A DNA stretch of 64,000 nt, taken from positions 27,307-91,306 of the IMG/VR virus record IMGVR_UViG_3300018429_000060; one strand, given 5' to 3'. How positions within the stretch are numbered: position 1 is the first letter of the stretch; each line of letters begins with the position of its first letter. Under the pieces are notes generated by a model. That model did not search any database, was not told where the DNA came from, and was given only the letters and a program-made list of their open reading frames with translations. Shown here in pieces: positions 9,820 to 19,700 of this stretch. The DNA comes from a virus. The position numbers and the translations under genes were made by a program.

Positions 9820-12800
9820 ATGGCAGTCGAAGGCGGCCCGATCGCGCAAGCCGCGGCCGAGCTCGTCATGGACGTCTCCTCGTTCGGGCCCGACGTCAAG
9901 CGCAAGGTCACCGCCGCGGCGGCGGCCGCGGGCAAGGACTTCGACCGTGAGCTGATCAAGGCCACCCAGCGCACCGGCGGTGTGGTCGGCAACGGCATCT
10001 GGACCAAGGTCGAGGACGGCGCCGGCCGCGGCGGTGTCCGCGCCGGGCAGGAGTTCGACCGGGGGGTGCGGGCGGCGACCCGCCGCACCGGCACCCAGCT
10101 GGGCCGGTCCGGCACCCAGGCCGGGTTCTCCTGGGGCAACGCGTTCAAGACAGCGCTGGCGCTGGTGCTCACCGGTGCGCTGCTGCGTGGGGTGTTCGCG
10201 CCGCTGGAGGCGGTCGGCAAGGGCCTCGGGCTGGCCACCGTCGGCGCCGGCGCCGCGGCCGCCGCGGCGGGGCTGCTGCAGATCGTCGCGGCCGCCGCGC
10301 CGGCCACCGGGGTGCTGCTGCTGATCCCGGCGCTGGCGGTGGCGGCCGGCGCCGGGCTGCTCACCCTGCGGGTGGCCCTGTCCGGGATGGGGGAGGCGTT
10401 CTCGGCTGCCCTGTCCGGTGACCCCCGCAAGTTCGCCGAGGCGATCGAGTCGCTGTCGCCGGCGGCGCGGTTGGTGGCGCAGGAGTTCCAGCGGCTGGTG
10501 CCGGAGCTGCACGACATCCGTGACGCGACCCAGGAGGCGTTCTTCGGGCCGTTGCAGGGGCGGCTGACGGCGATCGCCGCCACCCTGCTGGGTCCGGTCC
10601 GGTCCGGCATGGTCGGCGTCTCGGCGGCCAGCGCCCAGGTGGCGCTCGGCCTCGGTGACATCGCGGCCCAGGCGCCCACCACGGCGCTGGTCGCCGGCGG
10701 CTTCGACCTGGCCCGCCTGGCGGTGGCGGCGCTGCTGCCCGGTGTGCTGGCGATCGTGCTCGGGGTCCGTGACCTCGGGGTGGTGGCGCTGCCGCTGCTG
10801 TCGCAGATGTCGGCGGCCACCGGTGGTGTCGCCGTCCAGTTCGGGCAGTGGCTGTCCGCGATCGCCGCGTCCGGTCAGGCGGTCACCTGGATCCAGCAGG
10901 CGCTGGCCACGCTGGCCCAGTTCGGGCAGCTGCTGCTGCAGGTCGGCGGCATCATCGGGGCCGTCCTGGGCGCCGCCCAGACCTCCGGCGCCGGTGCCCT
11001 GGTGACGCTGACGGAGCTGCTGCACAGCGTCAACGCGTTCCTGTCCGGCACCGCCGGGCAGACCGCGCTGGTCAGCATCTTCACCTCGTTGAGCCAGGTC
11101 GGTGCCGCCCTGTCGCCGGTGCTGACCGCGCTGCTGGTGCAGCTCGGCCTGATCGCCCCGTTCGCCGCCCAGATCGCCGTCGCGCTCGGCCCCGGACTGG
11201 CCTCCGCGGTCGGCTCTCTCGGGCAGGCCCTGGTTGGTCTGGGGCCCGGTTTCGTGGCCATCGCGGCCGGGCTGAGCCAAGGGTTGATCGCCGCCGGCCC
11301 CGGCATCATCGCTCTCGCCGGGGCGCTCGGGATGCTGCTCGGGTCGGTGGGTCCGCTGCTGCCCCAGCTCGGGCTGCTGGTCGGGTTGGTCGCCGGCGTG
11401 CTCGGTCAGGCGCTGGTCAGCGTCACCCCCGCGCTGATCGCCGTCGCCGGGGTGGTGCTGCGGCTGCTCACCGCGGTGGCGCCGCTGATTCCCGTGCTGG
11501 GCCAGCTGGTCGCCGTGGTGGCGGTCGCGCTCGTGCAGGCCCTCGATGCGCTGCTCCCGGCGATCGAGCCGATCGTCGCCGGACTCGTCTCCGGGCTCGC
11601 CCCCGTCCTTCCCGAACTCGCCCGCGCCTTCGCCGGCCTGGTGGCCGCCGTGGCGCCGCTGCTACCGCCGCTCGGTGCGCTGATCGGGTTCGTGCTACGC
11701 CTGGCCGGCATCGCCCTGGCCTTCCAGTTCAAGGGCCTGGCCGACGCGTTCGAGCTGATCGCGGCCGTGATCGGCCCCGTCGTCGCCGGCATCTCCCGGT
11801 TCGTGTCCTACCTGGGGTCGCTGGACTTCGGGGCGATCGCCGCCGGCATCGGCGGTGCGTTCGCCGGCGCCGGCGCCGCGATCCTCGGCTTCTTCCGCGG
11901 CCTGCCCGGCCAGGTCGGGCGGGCGCTGCTCGGCCTCGGCCGCGCCACCGGCAGCGCCTTCACCAGCGCCGGTCAGGCCATCCAGGACTTCCTCACCAGC
12001 CTGCCGGGGATGCTCCTGCGCGGGCTCGCCGGCCTGGGGCGGCTCTGGTTCACCCTGTTCACCAGCGCGCTGCAGCTGGGGCTGCAGGCCATCGGCATCG
12101 GCATCGCGTTGATCATCCAGGCGTTCATCGTGCTGCCGGGGCTGATCGGCCGCGGCCTGGTGGCGCTGCCCGGCGTCATCGCCGGCGCCTTCGCCGCCGC
12201 GTGGCGGCTCGCCGTCGACGCCACCACCGCGGCGGTCGCCGCGATCGTGGCGTGGCTGGCCGGGCTGGGCCGTGACGTCGGGTCGATCCTGTCCGCGCTG
12301 CCCGGCCAGGTCGGCGGGTTCTTCCGCGACGCGTTCGCCTCCGGCAAGGCGTGGGTGCTGGACGGGGTGACCGTCATCGTCGGCTACGTCTCGACCCTGC
12401 CGGGGCGCATCGGCGGGTTCCTGTCCGGGCTGCCCGGCCAGATCGGCGCGATCTTCCGCAACGCGTTCGCCTCCGGCAAGCAGTGGGCGCTGGACGGGGT
12501 CAACACCATCGTCGGCTACATCGCCGGCCTCCCCGGCCGCATCGGCGCCTTCGCCGGGCAGATGTTCGACGCCGGCGCCCGGCTGGGGAGCCGCCTGCTC
12601 GACGGGCTGCGTCAGCTCGGGTCGTTCGTGTCCGGGCTGGGGCGGGCGTTGCTGAACTACGTCATCGACGGCATCAACCGCGGCATCAGCTCGGCCTGGA
12701 AGCTGCCCGGTGCGCCGCCGCAGATCCCCCGCATGGCCAAGGGCGCCATCGTCGACAAGGCCACCCTCGCCCTGCTCGGTGAGGCCGGCCGCGAGGTGGT

Positions 12801-13020
12801 CATCCCGCTGACCAAGCCGGCGCGGGCGGTGCAGCTGGCCGCCGACTCGGGCCTGCTCGACCTGCTCATCCGCCAGGGCGCGCTGCGGCCCCGCGGCGGC
12901 GACGGCGCCGTGCAGCAGGTCGTGATCAACGCCCCGATCACGGTGCAGGCGCCGTACTCCGACCCCGAGCTGGTCGCCCTGGCCACCGTCGACCGGCTGC
13001 TGCGTGAGGCGGAACTGTGA
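9820..13020 (+). CDS. Phage tape measure protein
   Basis: 1066 aa Ala/Gly/Leu amphipathic repeats; C-terminal IPRMAKGAIV..ALLGEAGREVVIPL motif. Confidence 0.92.
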   Translation: MAVEGGPIAQAAAELVMDVSSFGPDVKRKVTAAAAAAGKDFDRELIKATQRTGGVVGNGIWTKVEDGAGRGGVRAGQEFDRGVRAATRRTGTQLGRSGTQAGFSWGNAFKTALALVLTGALLRGVFAPLEAVGKGLGLATVGAGAAAAAAGLLQIVAAAAPATGVLLLIPALAVAAGAGLLTLRVALSGMGEAFSAALSGDPRKFAEAIESLSPAARLVAQEFQRLVPELHDIRDATQEAFFGPLQGRLTAIAATLLGPVRSGMVGVSAASAQVALGLGDIAAQAPTTALVAGGFDLARLAVAALLPGVLAIVLGVRDLGVVALPLLSQMSAATGGVAVQFGQWLSAIAASGQAVTWIQQALATLAQFGQLLLQVGGIIGAVLGAAQTSGAGALVTLTELLHSVNAFLSGTAGQTALVSIFTSLSQVGAALSPVLTALLVQLGLIAPFAAQIAVALGPGLASAVGSLGQALVGLGPGFVAIAAGLSQGLIAAGPGIIALAGALGMLLGSVGPLLPQLGLLVGLVAGVLGQALVSVTPALIAVAGVVLRLLTAVAPLIPVLGQLVAVVAVALVQALDALLPAIEPIVAGLVSGLAPVLPELARAFAGLVAAVAPLLPPLGALIGFVLRLAGIALAFQFKGLADAFELIAAVIGPVVAGISRFVSYLGSLDFGAIAAGIGGAFAGAGAAILGFFRGLPGQVGRALLGLGRATGSAFTSAGQAIQDFLTSLPGMLLRGLAGLGRLWFTLFTSALQLGLQAIGIGIALIIQAFIVLPGLIGRGLVALPGVIAGAFAAAWRLAVDATTAAVAAIVAWLAGLGRDVGSILSALPGQVGGFFRDAFASGKAWVLDGVTVIVGYVSTLPGRIGGFLSGLPGQIGAIFRNAFASGKQWALDGVNTIVGYIAGLPGRIGAFAGQMFDAGARLGSRLLDGLRQLGSFVSGLGRALLNYVIDGINRGISSAWKLPGAPPQIPRMAKGAIVDKATLALLGEAGREVVIPLTKPARAVQLAADSGLLDLLIRQGALRPRGGDGAVQQVVINAPITVQAPYSDPELVALATVDRLLREAEL

Positions 13021-13044
13021 CCCCGCGCAGTGTGAGGAGCGGTC

Positions 13045-14322
13045 ATGTATGACCACTGGCTGACCCTCGGCGGTGTCGAGCTCGTCAACTCCACCCGCGC
13101 CGCCCAGTACGCCGGCGCCCTCGGGATCACCGTGGTGCGGTGCGCCGGCTGCCGCGACATCACCCGCGCCCTGCGCGACGCCCCGTATACGCTGCCCGGC
13201 GACCCGGACAACCCCGCACCCTGGTACGACCCGTCGCTGCCCGAGTCGGCCGGGTTCGCCGGCCTGGTCGGGGTGGAGTTCGAGGGCCTGTCCCGCGGCA
13301 CCGGCGGCCGCCAGACGGTGCCGCTGCTCGGCGCCGGCTCCGCGATCGGCGGGCTGCGCCGCGGCGCTCGGGAGGTGCTGGTCAAGGCGCTCATGCTGGC
13401 CACCACCGACGCCGCCATGTCCTACGGCACCGCCTGGCTGGCGTCGGCGCTGCGCGGGTCGATCTGCCAGACGTCCTGCGTCGCCGACGAGCTGTGCGTG
13501 TTCGCCTACTGCCCCAGCTGCGCCTCCCCGCCGCCGGACCCGCCGGCCTACGACTCGTGCGGGGACGCGGCGCTGCGCACCGTGCTGGACACCGGGCTGC
13601 TCGCCGGCCCGACACCCACCCGCACCCTCACCGTCGGCGGGGGCGTCCTCACCGAGGTCGAGTTCTCGCTGGTGTGCGGGCAGCCGTTCCTGTGGCGGCA
13701 GCCGCGGTACGTGACCGGAACCGGCCAACCCGGTGTGTCGCCGGCGCCGCCGATCGGCCCCGGTGAGGGCTGCGTGGAGAGCATCGACTGCGCCCACGAC
13801 CCGCTGTGTCTGCCGCTGCCGCCGCCGATCCGGCCGCCGGCGCCGCCCAACCCGTGTTTCCCCGGACCGCCGCCGGTGGGCGACACCCGCCGCACCATCG
13901 TGACCGTGCCGCCGGGGCTGCTGCCGCAGTGGTTCGAGAACGTGCCGATCCTGGAGATCCGCACCGGGTCGCTGGCCCTGCGGCGGGTCACGATCCGCTT
14001 CTACTCCAACCCGGCGCTCTATGAGTGCGCCGAGTACGTCGACCCGTGCACCGCCTGCGCCGAGATCAACATCCCGTACCTGCCGCGCGGGGTGGTGTTC
14101 CGCCTGGACGGGCGGCTGGAGCGGGCGACGGTCGACTGCCCCGGCGGCCCCGGCCTCGACGTCGCCGACGTCGAGGTGTTCGGCCCCGGCGGCGGCCTGT
14201 TCGAGTGGCCCATCTTCGAGTGCAACACGTCGCTGTGCATCGAGGTCGTCGTGCAGCAGTCCACCGCGGCGCCGGACTCGCGCATCGACCTGTGGATGGC
14301 CGCCCGAGAGGACGCCGCCTGA
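13045..14322 (+). CDS. Distal tail (Dit-like)/minor tail protein, Cys-rich
   Basis: Follows TMP; WLTLGGVELVN..R, PWYDP..PES..FAG motifs of actinophage minor tails; GAGGAG RBS. Confidence 0.8.
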   Translation: MYDHWLTLGGVELVNSTRAAQYAGALGITVVRCAGCRDITRALRDAPYTLPGDPDNPAPWYDPSLPESAGFAGLVGVEFEGLSRGTGGRQTVPLLGAGSAIGGLRRGAREVLVKALMLATTDAAMSYGTAWLASALRGSICQTSCVADELCVFAYCPSCASPPPDPPAYDSCGDAALRTVLDTGLLAGPTPTRTLTVGGGVLTEVEFSLVCGQPFLWRQPRYVTGTGQPGVSPAPPIGPGEGCVESIDCAHDPLCLPLPPPIRPPAPPNPCFPGPPPVGDTRRTIVTVPPGLLPQWFENVPILEIRTGSLALRRVTIRFYSNPALYECAEYVDPCTACAEINIPYLPRGVVFRLDGRLERATVDCPGGPGLDVADVEVFGPGGGLFEWPIFECNTSLCIEVVVQQSTAAPDSRIDLWMAAREDAA

Positions 14323-15452
14323 TGCTCGGCTGCGCCCAGAACTACGCCGCGGCGATCCACGAACGCGGCGGCCGCCGCCGCGTGGTGACCCTGTCCGGGA
14401 TCACCCGCATCGGGTGGGAACGCAAACTCGACGACTTCTCCGACGCCACCGTGGTGCTGGCCAAAGCGAAGGCCAGTCGCGCCTGTCTGCGCAGCCTGGG
14501 GCCGATCGAGCCGTGGCAGCACGAGGTGTCGCTCTACCGCGACGGGCAGCGGGTGTGGGAGGGGCCGCTGTTCGACTTCGAGGAGAGCCGGGCCTCCATC
14601 ACCCTCACCGCCCGCGATCCGCTGGCCTGGCTCACCCGCCGCGCCCTGCACACCGTGGCGCCGGCCGGGCCGGTCAACGCCGCCGCCTACGCCGACACCG
14701 TCATCCGCGACGCGTTGGGCTACGCCGGGCAGGACCCGAACCTGATCCCGTTCTTGCAGATCACCACGACCAACTCGCCCACCACCCAGCGGGAGACGCA
14801 GCCGTTGACCGTCACCGCCGGCGCCGAGCTGGCCGAGATCGCCAAGGCCGGCCTGGACTACTTCGCCATCGGCCGCAGCATCCACGTGCTGCCCGACCGG
14901 GTCGACTACACGGTGCGGCCCTACCGGCTGCGCGAGGAGCACTTCCTGGCCGACCTCACCGTGCGCAAGGTCGGCTCCGAGGCCGCCACCAAGGCGTACG
15001 TGGTGGGCACCGGGGAGACCGGCGCCGCCCCGGTCGGTGAGTTCGGGGGCCCAGCGGCCGGCTACGGCCTGATCGAGAACGTGTCCACCAGCCAGAACAC
15101 CTCCGACCTGGGGGTGCTCGCCGGGATCGGCGCCAAGGTCGTCGGCTACGGCAACCCGGTGCCCTACACGGTGCTCGTGCCCACCGGCAGCCAACTGTCG
15201 CCGCGCGCCCCGATCGGCATCCCGGACCTCGTCCCCGGCCGGTACATCCAGGTGGCCATCGCCAACTACGCGGTTCCGGTGCTCGCGCTGATGAAGCTCA
15301 ACCAGGTCGGTTGTTCCTGGACCCCGGACACTCCCGAGCAGGTCAGCGTGGCGTTGATCCCCAAGGACGTGTTCGACCTGCCGCCGGCCGAGCTCGCCGA
15401 GCTCGTCGCCGCCGACCACGCCCGCGGCGGTGTGCTGGCCGGTGCGCGGTGA
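14322..15452 (+). CDS. Minor tail protein (baseplate hub/Gp37-like)
   Basis: TGATG coupling; W.RKLDDFSDA, HEVSLYRDGQRVWEGP. Confidence 0.8.
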   Translation: MLGCAQNYAAAIHERGGRRRVVTLSGITRIGWERKLDDFSDATVVLAKAKASRACLRSLGPIEPWQHEVSLYRDGQRVWEGPLFDFEESRASITLTARDPLAWLTRRALHTVAPAGPVNAAAYADTVIRDALGYAGQDPNLIPFLQITTTNSPTTQRETQPLTVTAGAELAEIAKAGLDYFAIGRSIHVLPDRVDYTVRPYRLREEHFLADLTVRKVGSEAATKAYVVGTGETGAAPVGEFGGPAAGYGLIENVSTSQNTSDLGVLAGIGAKVVGYGNPVPYTVLVPTGSQLSPRAPIGIPDLVPGRYIQVAIANYAVPVLALMKLNQVGCSWTPDTPEQVSVALIPKDVFDLPPAELAELVAADHARGGVLAGAR

Positions 15453-15703
15453 TCAAGAGCAGTCCCAACGCGAGCCTGGGCCAGTACGCGGTGCGTGACC
15501 GGCTGCGGGCCCACGCCCGCGCCGCCCAGCCCGCCGGCGCCCGCGCCCCGGCCGCCCCATACGGCGCGGCGCCGCCGGCGGTGGTGGTGATCGGCGACTA
15601 CCGGCTCGACGTCGACCCCGACACCGGCGCGCTGATCGCCGTGCACCAACCCACCGGCCACACCCAGACCCTGTTCGCACCACCGTGGGGAGACCCGACA
15701 TGA
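15449..15703 (+). CDS. Small tail-associated protein
   Basis: GTGA overlap; VVIGDYRLDVDPDTGALIA. Confidence 0.6.
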   Translation: MIKSSPNASLGQYAVRDRLRAHARAAQPAGARAPAAPYGAAPPAVVVIGDYRLDVDPDTGALIAVHQPTGHTQTLFAPPWGDPT

Positions 15704-15743
15704 CGACCCTCGCTCCAGCGCCGACCGCGGGAGGGCGGCGGTA

Positions 15744-17645
15744 ATGGGCCGCTGCGGATGCGCCTCCGGCTGCGGCTGCCGCCACCAGGGCCGCAACGGC
15801 GTCATCACCTCGGGCACCGGCTCGGTCGACTCGCCGATCATCGTCGAGCTGGCCAACCCGATGGACACCATCGGCTGCAACGTCATCATGGACTGCGTCG
15901 GGTCACACCTCGGTGCCGGAATGCGCTACGACCCGGTCACCCACCGCGTCGCGGCGCGGCTGTCCACCGACGGCGGCAACACCCTGGAGTTCGGCACCGA
16001 CAACGGCCTGTTCACCGGCGGCGCCGGCGGCGCCGGCGGCTTCGCCACCGTCCAGTCGCTCGTCGACGCCACCGAACCGGTCGTCGGCAGCGTCTACGGC
16101 GCCGGCTACACGCAGTACCCCGAGGGGCGGCTGGAGAGCTACGAGCAGGCCATGGCCATCGAGCTGCCGCTGATCCAGGTGCCGGTGCGCCGCTCCGCGG
16201 ACCGGCGGCTGTGGGCGGTGCACTACCGCAACCTGGGGTTCTACAACTGGCGCTACGCCGGCCTCATCACCGACGGGTTCGACCAGAAGATGGGCCGCCA
16301 CGTGTGGCTCACCCCCGGCGGTGAACCGACCATCAACCCGGCCACCAGCGAGAAGGGCTTCACCGCCCTGGCCGGGTACATGGGCTACGGCACCCAGGAC
16401 TCCTACGGGCTGGCCACCGTCGCCGACGTCGCCCGCGTCGTGCAGCGCCGCGCGGTGCTGCTGCTGGACGTCCTCGACATCGGCCTCGGTCCCGCCGACA
16501 CCCCCGCGCCGAGCCTCACCTACAGCGCGCTGCGGACGCTGATCCGCCGCATGGGACTGACCGCGTCGGCGATCGTGTGCTCGGAGTGGCCGCTGTCGGC
16601 CACCCCGGCCGAACGCGCGGAGATCCGCGCCGGGCTGCTCGCGCTGCTGTCCGACGGGGTGGCCATCGGCCTGCGGATCATGACCGCGGCGACGGCCGCG
16701 GCGATGACCCCGGCGGCCATGGTCGCCGACGGCTACACCTGGGTGATCGTGCACTACGCGCTGGCCGACACGAACCCGGCGACGGTGAAGGCGTACAAGG
16801 ACGCCGGGCTGCACGTGCTGCTCACCCCAGGGCACCGGCAGTGGCAGTACGAGCTGATGCGCGACGCCACCACGTTCGGCCCCGGCGGGCTGAAGGGCAT
16901 CCTCTGCTCCGACCCGCTGTACTGCGCCGGCGAGCAGTTCGCCCACGTGGTGCGGCGGCCGTTCGTCGACTGGTTCTGGGGCACCCCGGACTACGGCCGC
17001 CACGCGGCCTGGTCCGACGACATCCCCGGCGCGCACGCCCGGTACCGCGGCTACACCAACAGCGGCGAGGGCGGCACCCTCTCGCTGGACGGCAACATCC
17101 TGCTGCCGGGCGATGATCCCTCGTACCGCACCACCGGCTACTACCTGCTCGCCGGAGAGCTCAACCCGATCGCCTGGCCCCAGTACGACCTGGAGGTCGG
17201 GTTCGTCTGGCAGGCGCTGACCACCGACCGGACCCGGTGGATCGCGGTCTGGTTCGGCTCCCCGAACGACCGCGACCTGCGCGAGTGGACGTTGGCGACC
17301 ACTCACACCAAGGGCTACAACCTGCAGCTGACCCAGACCGGCCAATTCGTGCTGGAACGCTACGACGGCGTGGTGGGCGCCGACCCGCCCTACCAGTCGG
17401 TGCTGGTGTGGGAGTCCGGGTGGGGCACCGTCACCCCCGGCGTGCAGTACCGGATCAAGATCCGGGTCCGCGGCGACCGCATCATCGTCGGCCCCGCGTC
17501 GGAGACGAGCTCCGGGCCGGGCACCCGCGCCCTGATGGACACCACGTGGCGCGGTCCCTACCTCTACTTCGGCCGGCATTTCTTCCACAACGCGGACTCG
17601 GTCCGTATCCGCTGGGTGCAACCGGTCATCACCGAGGTCCCGTGA
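15744..17645 (+). CDS. Tail fibre/receptor-binding protein with GDPD-like TIM barrel
   Basis: N-terminal CGCASGCGC and RLSTDGGNTLEFGTDNGLF anchor; PE..LESYEQA..VRRSAD..AVH, GILCSDPLY (degenerate GDPD); beta-rich C-terminus. Confidence 0.7.
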   Translation: MGRCGCASGCGCRHQGRNGVITSGTGSVDSPIIVELANPMDTIGCNVIMDCVGSHLGAGMRYDPVTHRVAARLSTDGGNTLEFGTDNGLFTGGAGGAGGFATVQSLVDATEPVVGSVYGAGYTQYPEGRLESYEQAMAIELPLIQVPVRRSADRRLWAVHYRNLGFYNWRYAGLITDGFDQKMGRHVWLTPGGEPTINPATSEKGFTALAGYMGYGTQDSYGLATVADVARVVQRRAVLLLDVLDIGLGPADTPAPSLTYSALRTLIRRMGLTASAIVCSEWPLSATPAERAEIRAGLLALLSDGVAIGLRIMTAATAAAMTPAAMVADGYTWVIVHYALADTNPATVKAYKDAGLHVLLTPGHRQWQYELMRDATTFGPGGLKGILCSDPLYCAGEQFAHVVRRPFVDWFWGTPDYGRHAAWSDDIPGAHARYRGYTNSGEGGTLSLDGNILLPGDDPSYRTTGYYLLAGELNPIAWPQYDLEVGFVWQALTTDRTRWIAVWFGSPNDRDLREWTLATTHTKGYNLQLTQTGQFVLERYDGVVGADPPYQSVLVWESGWGTVTPGVQYRIKIRVRGDRIIVGPASETSSGPGTRALMDTTWRGPYLYFGRHFFHNADSVRIRWVQPVITEVP

Positions 17646-17671
17646 TCCCCGTTCGGAAGGTGACTACCCCC

Positions 17672-18484
17672 GTGACCCCTCCTGCAACGCGCCGCCGCGC
17701 CAAGACCACCCCGGCGGCGCCGCCGCCGGCCGCGCCGGCGCCGGGTGCCGCCTTGCTGGCCACCATCGCCGGCACCTGGAACCCCGGCGGCGTGCCGGCG
17801 CTCACCGCGCTGACCTATCCCGGCGCCCAGCGCGACGCCACCACCGCGGTGCAGGGCGTGCTAGGCGTCGCCGACTCCCTCATCGACTTCTACCTGGTGG
17901 CCACCCGCCACCCCGGCGGGCCGGTCTACCGCACGCTGTGGCGGCTGCTCGCCAGCTCGTCCGGCCCGACGCTGCGGATCGGCCCGGCCCAGACGCACCC
18001 CTCGCAGCTGTTCCTGTGGTTGACCCTGCGGCCGCTGGGCGAACAGCTGCAGATGGTCGGCGACCTGGCTATGCCGGACATGCCCTACCGCGGTGTCCTC
18101 GCCGAGCTGGTGCCGGCGCTGCTGCTGCGCCACTACTGGGGTCCGGCCGCCCGGCAGATCACCGTCGGCGGTCTCGGCACCGGCACCTTCACCCCGCAGA
18201 CGCTCGGCTGGCGCGACCGGTTCAGCCCCGACGTCGACGTCACCGTTCCCTACGAGCAGCCCGACCTCGCCATGTACTGGTTCGCCCAGCCGCCGGCGAG
18301 CCCACCGCCGGCGTTGTGGCTGGTCACCACCGACGCCGAGCCGGTCGGGTGGAAGGTGTCCTACTGCGTCGAACGGCCCGAGCAGCCGGCCGCCGAGCGG
18401 TGGGACGACCCGGCGCAGCCGGTGCCGCAATTCGACCCGTTGGTGTGGCCCGCAGGGCCGGATCCGAGCCACCCCGGCCCCTAA
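17672..18484 (+). CDS. Hypothetical protein
   Basis: GGAAGG RBS before GTG; protein-like frame. Confidence 0.6.
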   Translation: MTPPATRRRAKTTPAAPPPAAPAPGAALLATIAGTWNPGGVPALTALTYPGAQRDATTAVQGVLGVADSLIDFYLVATRHPGGPVYRTLWRLLASSSGPTLRIGPAQTHPSQLFLWLTLRPLGEQLQMVGDLAMPDMPYRGVLAELVPALLLRHYWGPAARQITVGGLGTGTFTPQTLGWRDRFSPDVDVTVPYEQPDLAMYWFAQPPASPPPALWLVTTDAEPVGWKVSYCVERPEQPAAERWDDPAQPVPQFDPLVWPAGPDPSHPGP

Positions 18485-18495
18485 CATCGGCAGGC

Positions 18496-18939
18496 GTGTG
18501 CGACGACCCGCGCTGCTCCGCGCACCTGCAGACACCGGCGCAGCGCCTGGCGCAGCTGGCCATGCAGATCGGCCGGTCCGGCTGGGCACTGGTGGGCAAC
18601 CTGCCCAGTCCCGAGCACCCGGCCGGGTACGCCTACACCGTCGGGATGACCCCGCGTGGCCTGCCGGAGCTGCTGATGGACGGCGACCCCGAGCACGTGC
18701 GGACGCCGCTGGGCGACCTGGTCGACGCCCTGCTGCTCACCCCGGACGCGTTCGTCGACGGCAACCACGTCCGGGTCATCACCCCTGGCGGTGATCCGTT
18801 CACCGTGCGGCTGGCCGGCCCCACCGAGGCCCTGACCCGCCGGGCCTGCCTGGCGGTCGAGCTCTACGCCTCGCGGCACACGCTCCGGGTGATGGAGGTC
18901 GCGACGGCGATGGTGGCCCTCCCCAACACCGCCGGTTGA
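18496..18939 (+). CDS. DUF4262-like protein
   Basis: I.RSGWALV..YAYTVGMT..GLPELL. Confidence 0.75.
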   Translation: MCDDPRCSAHLQTPAQRLAQLAMQIGRSGWALVGNLPSPEHPAGYAYTVGMTPRGLPELLMDGDPEHVRTPLGDLVDALLLTPDAFVDGNHVRVITPGGDPFTVRLAGPTEALTRRACLAVELYASRHTLRVMEVATAMVALPNTAG

Positions 18940-18987
18940 TCACCGACTATCGTCGGGAACCGGTCAGGGGGCTGACCGGAGGACTTC

Positions 18988-19443
18988 GTGAGTTCGCCCT
19001 GCCCGCCGGCGCCCGCTGCAGCGGGCCCGCCGGTGGTGGTGCTGTCTGGTTGCACCCGCGAGGCCGCGCTGGTGGCTCGCATCGCCGCCGCCGTCGACCA
19101 CGCCGGAGCCCGGCTGCGACTGCCTGACAGCCCCGACCTACCCGAGGACCCGACCTCGGAGGACCTCATCGCCGCCCGCCGGGTCCGCAGCCGTCGGCAG
19201 ATGGACGCCATCGCCGACCCGGCGACGATCGCCGTGGTGGTGGCCAACACCGCTCAGGACGGCCGGCCGAACCACGTCGAGCCGAGCGCGCTGGCCGAGA
19301 TCGCCGTCGCGTTCGCCCACCGCGTGCCGGTGTTCCTGCTGCACGGGCTGCCGCTGCCCTACCTCGACGAGCTCACCGCCTGGGACGTCGTCTGCTTGCA
19401 CGCCGACCTCGACCGGCTGGGCGCCTTGCTCACCGCCGCGTAA
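18988..19443 (+). CDS. Nucleoside deoxyribosyltransferase-like fold protein
   Basis: VVLSG..AI..AVVVAN..HVEPSALAEIAVAF..VPVFLL; GGAGG RBS. Confidence 0.55.
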   Translation: MSSPCPPAPAAAGPPVVVLSGCTREAALVARIAAAVDHAGARLRLPDSPDLPEDPTSEDLIAARRVRSRRQMDAIADPATIAVVVANTAQDGRPNHVEPSALAEIAVAFAHRVPVFLLHGLPLPYLDELTAWDVVCLHADLDRLGALLTAA

Positions 19444-19463
19444 CCAGCCGAAAGGAACCCATC

Positions 19464-19700
19464 GTGGACGCCATCAAGAAGGGCCAACGGGTCACCGGCA
19501 CGGCTCGCGACAAGCTGGCCGCCGACCTCAAGAAGAAGTACGAGAAGGGCGCATCCGTGCGGGCGCTGGCCGACAGCCTCGGCCGCTCCTACGGCTTCGT
19601 GCACCGGATTCTGGCCGAGACCGACGTGACGATGCGGGGCCGCGGTGGCGCCACCCGCACGCGGAAGCCGGCCCGCCCCCACCAGCAGGTGTCCGCGTGA
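19464..19700 (+). CDS. Small HTH DNA-binding protein (HTH_58, Gbn/SCO1839-like)
   Basis: KKGQRVTGTARDKLAADLKKKYEKGASVRALADSLGRSYGFVHRIL..RGRGGATR; GAAAGGA RBS. Confidence 0.85.
   Translation: MDAIKKGQRVTGTARDKLAADLKKKYEKGASVRALADSLGRSYGFVHRILAETDVTMRGRGGATRTRKPARPHQQVSA

Noticed and set aside
9589-13797. Long antisense/alternate-frame ORFs (e.g. 9589-11280, 11695-13797, also 33612-36287, 42808-44835)
   Set aside because: Arg/Pro/Gly-rich shadow frames of real genes, typical of high-GC DNA.
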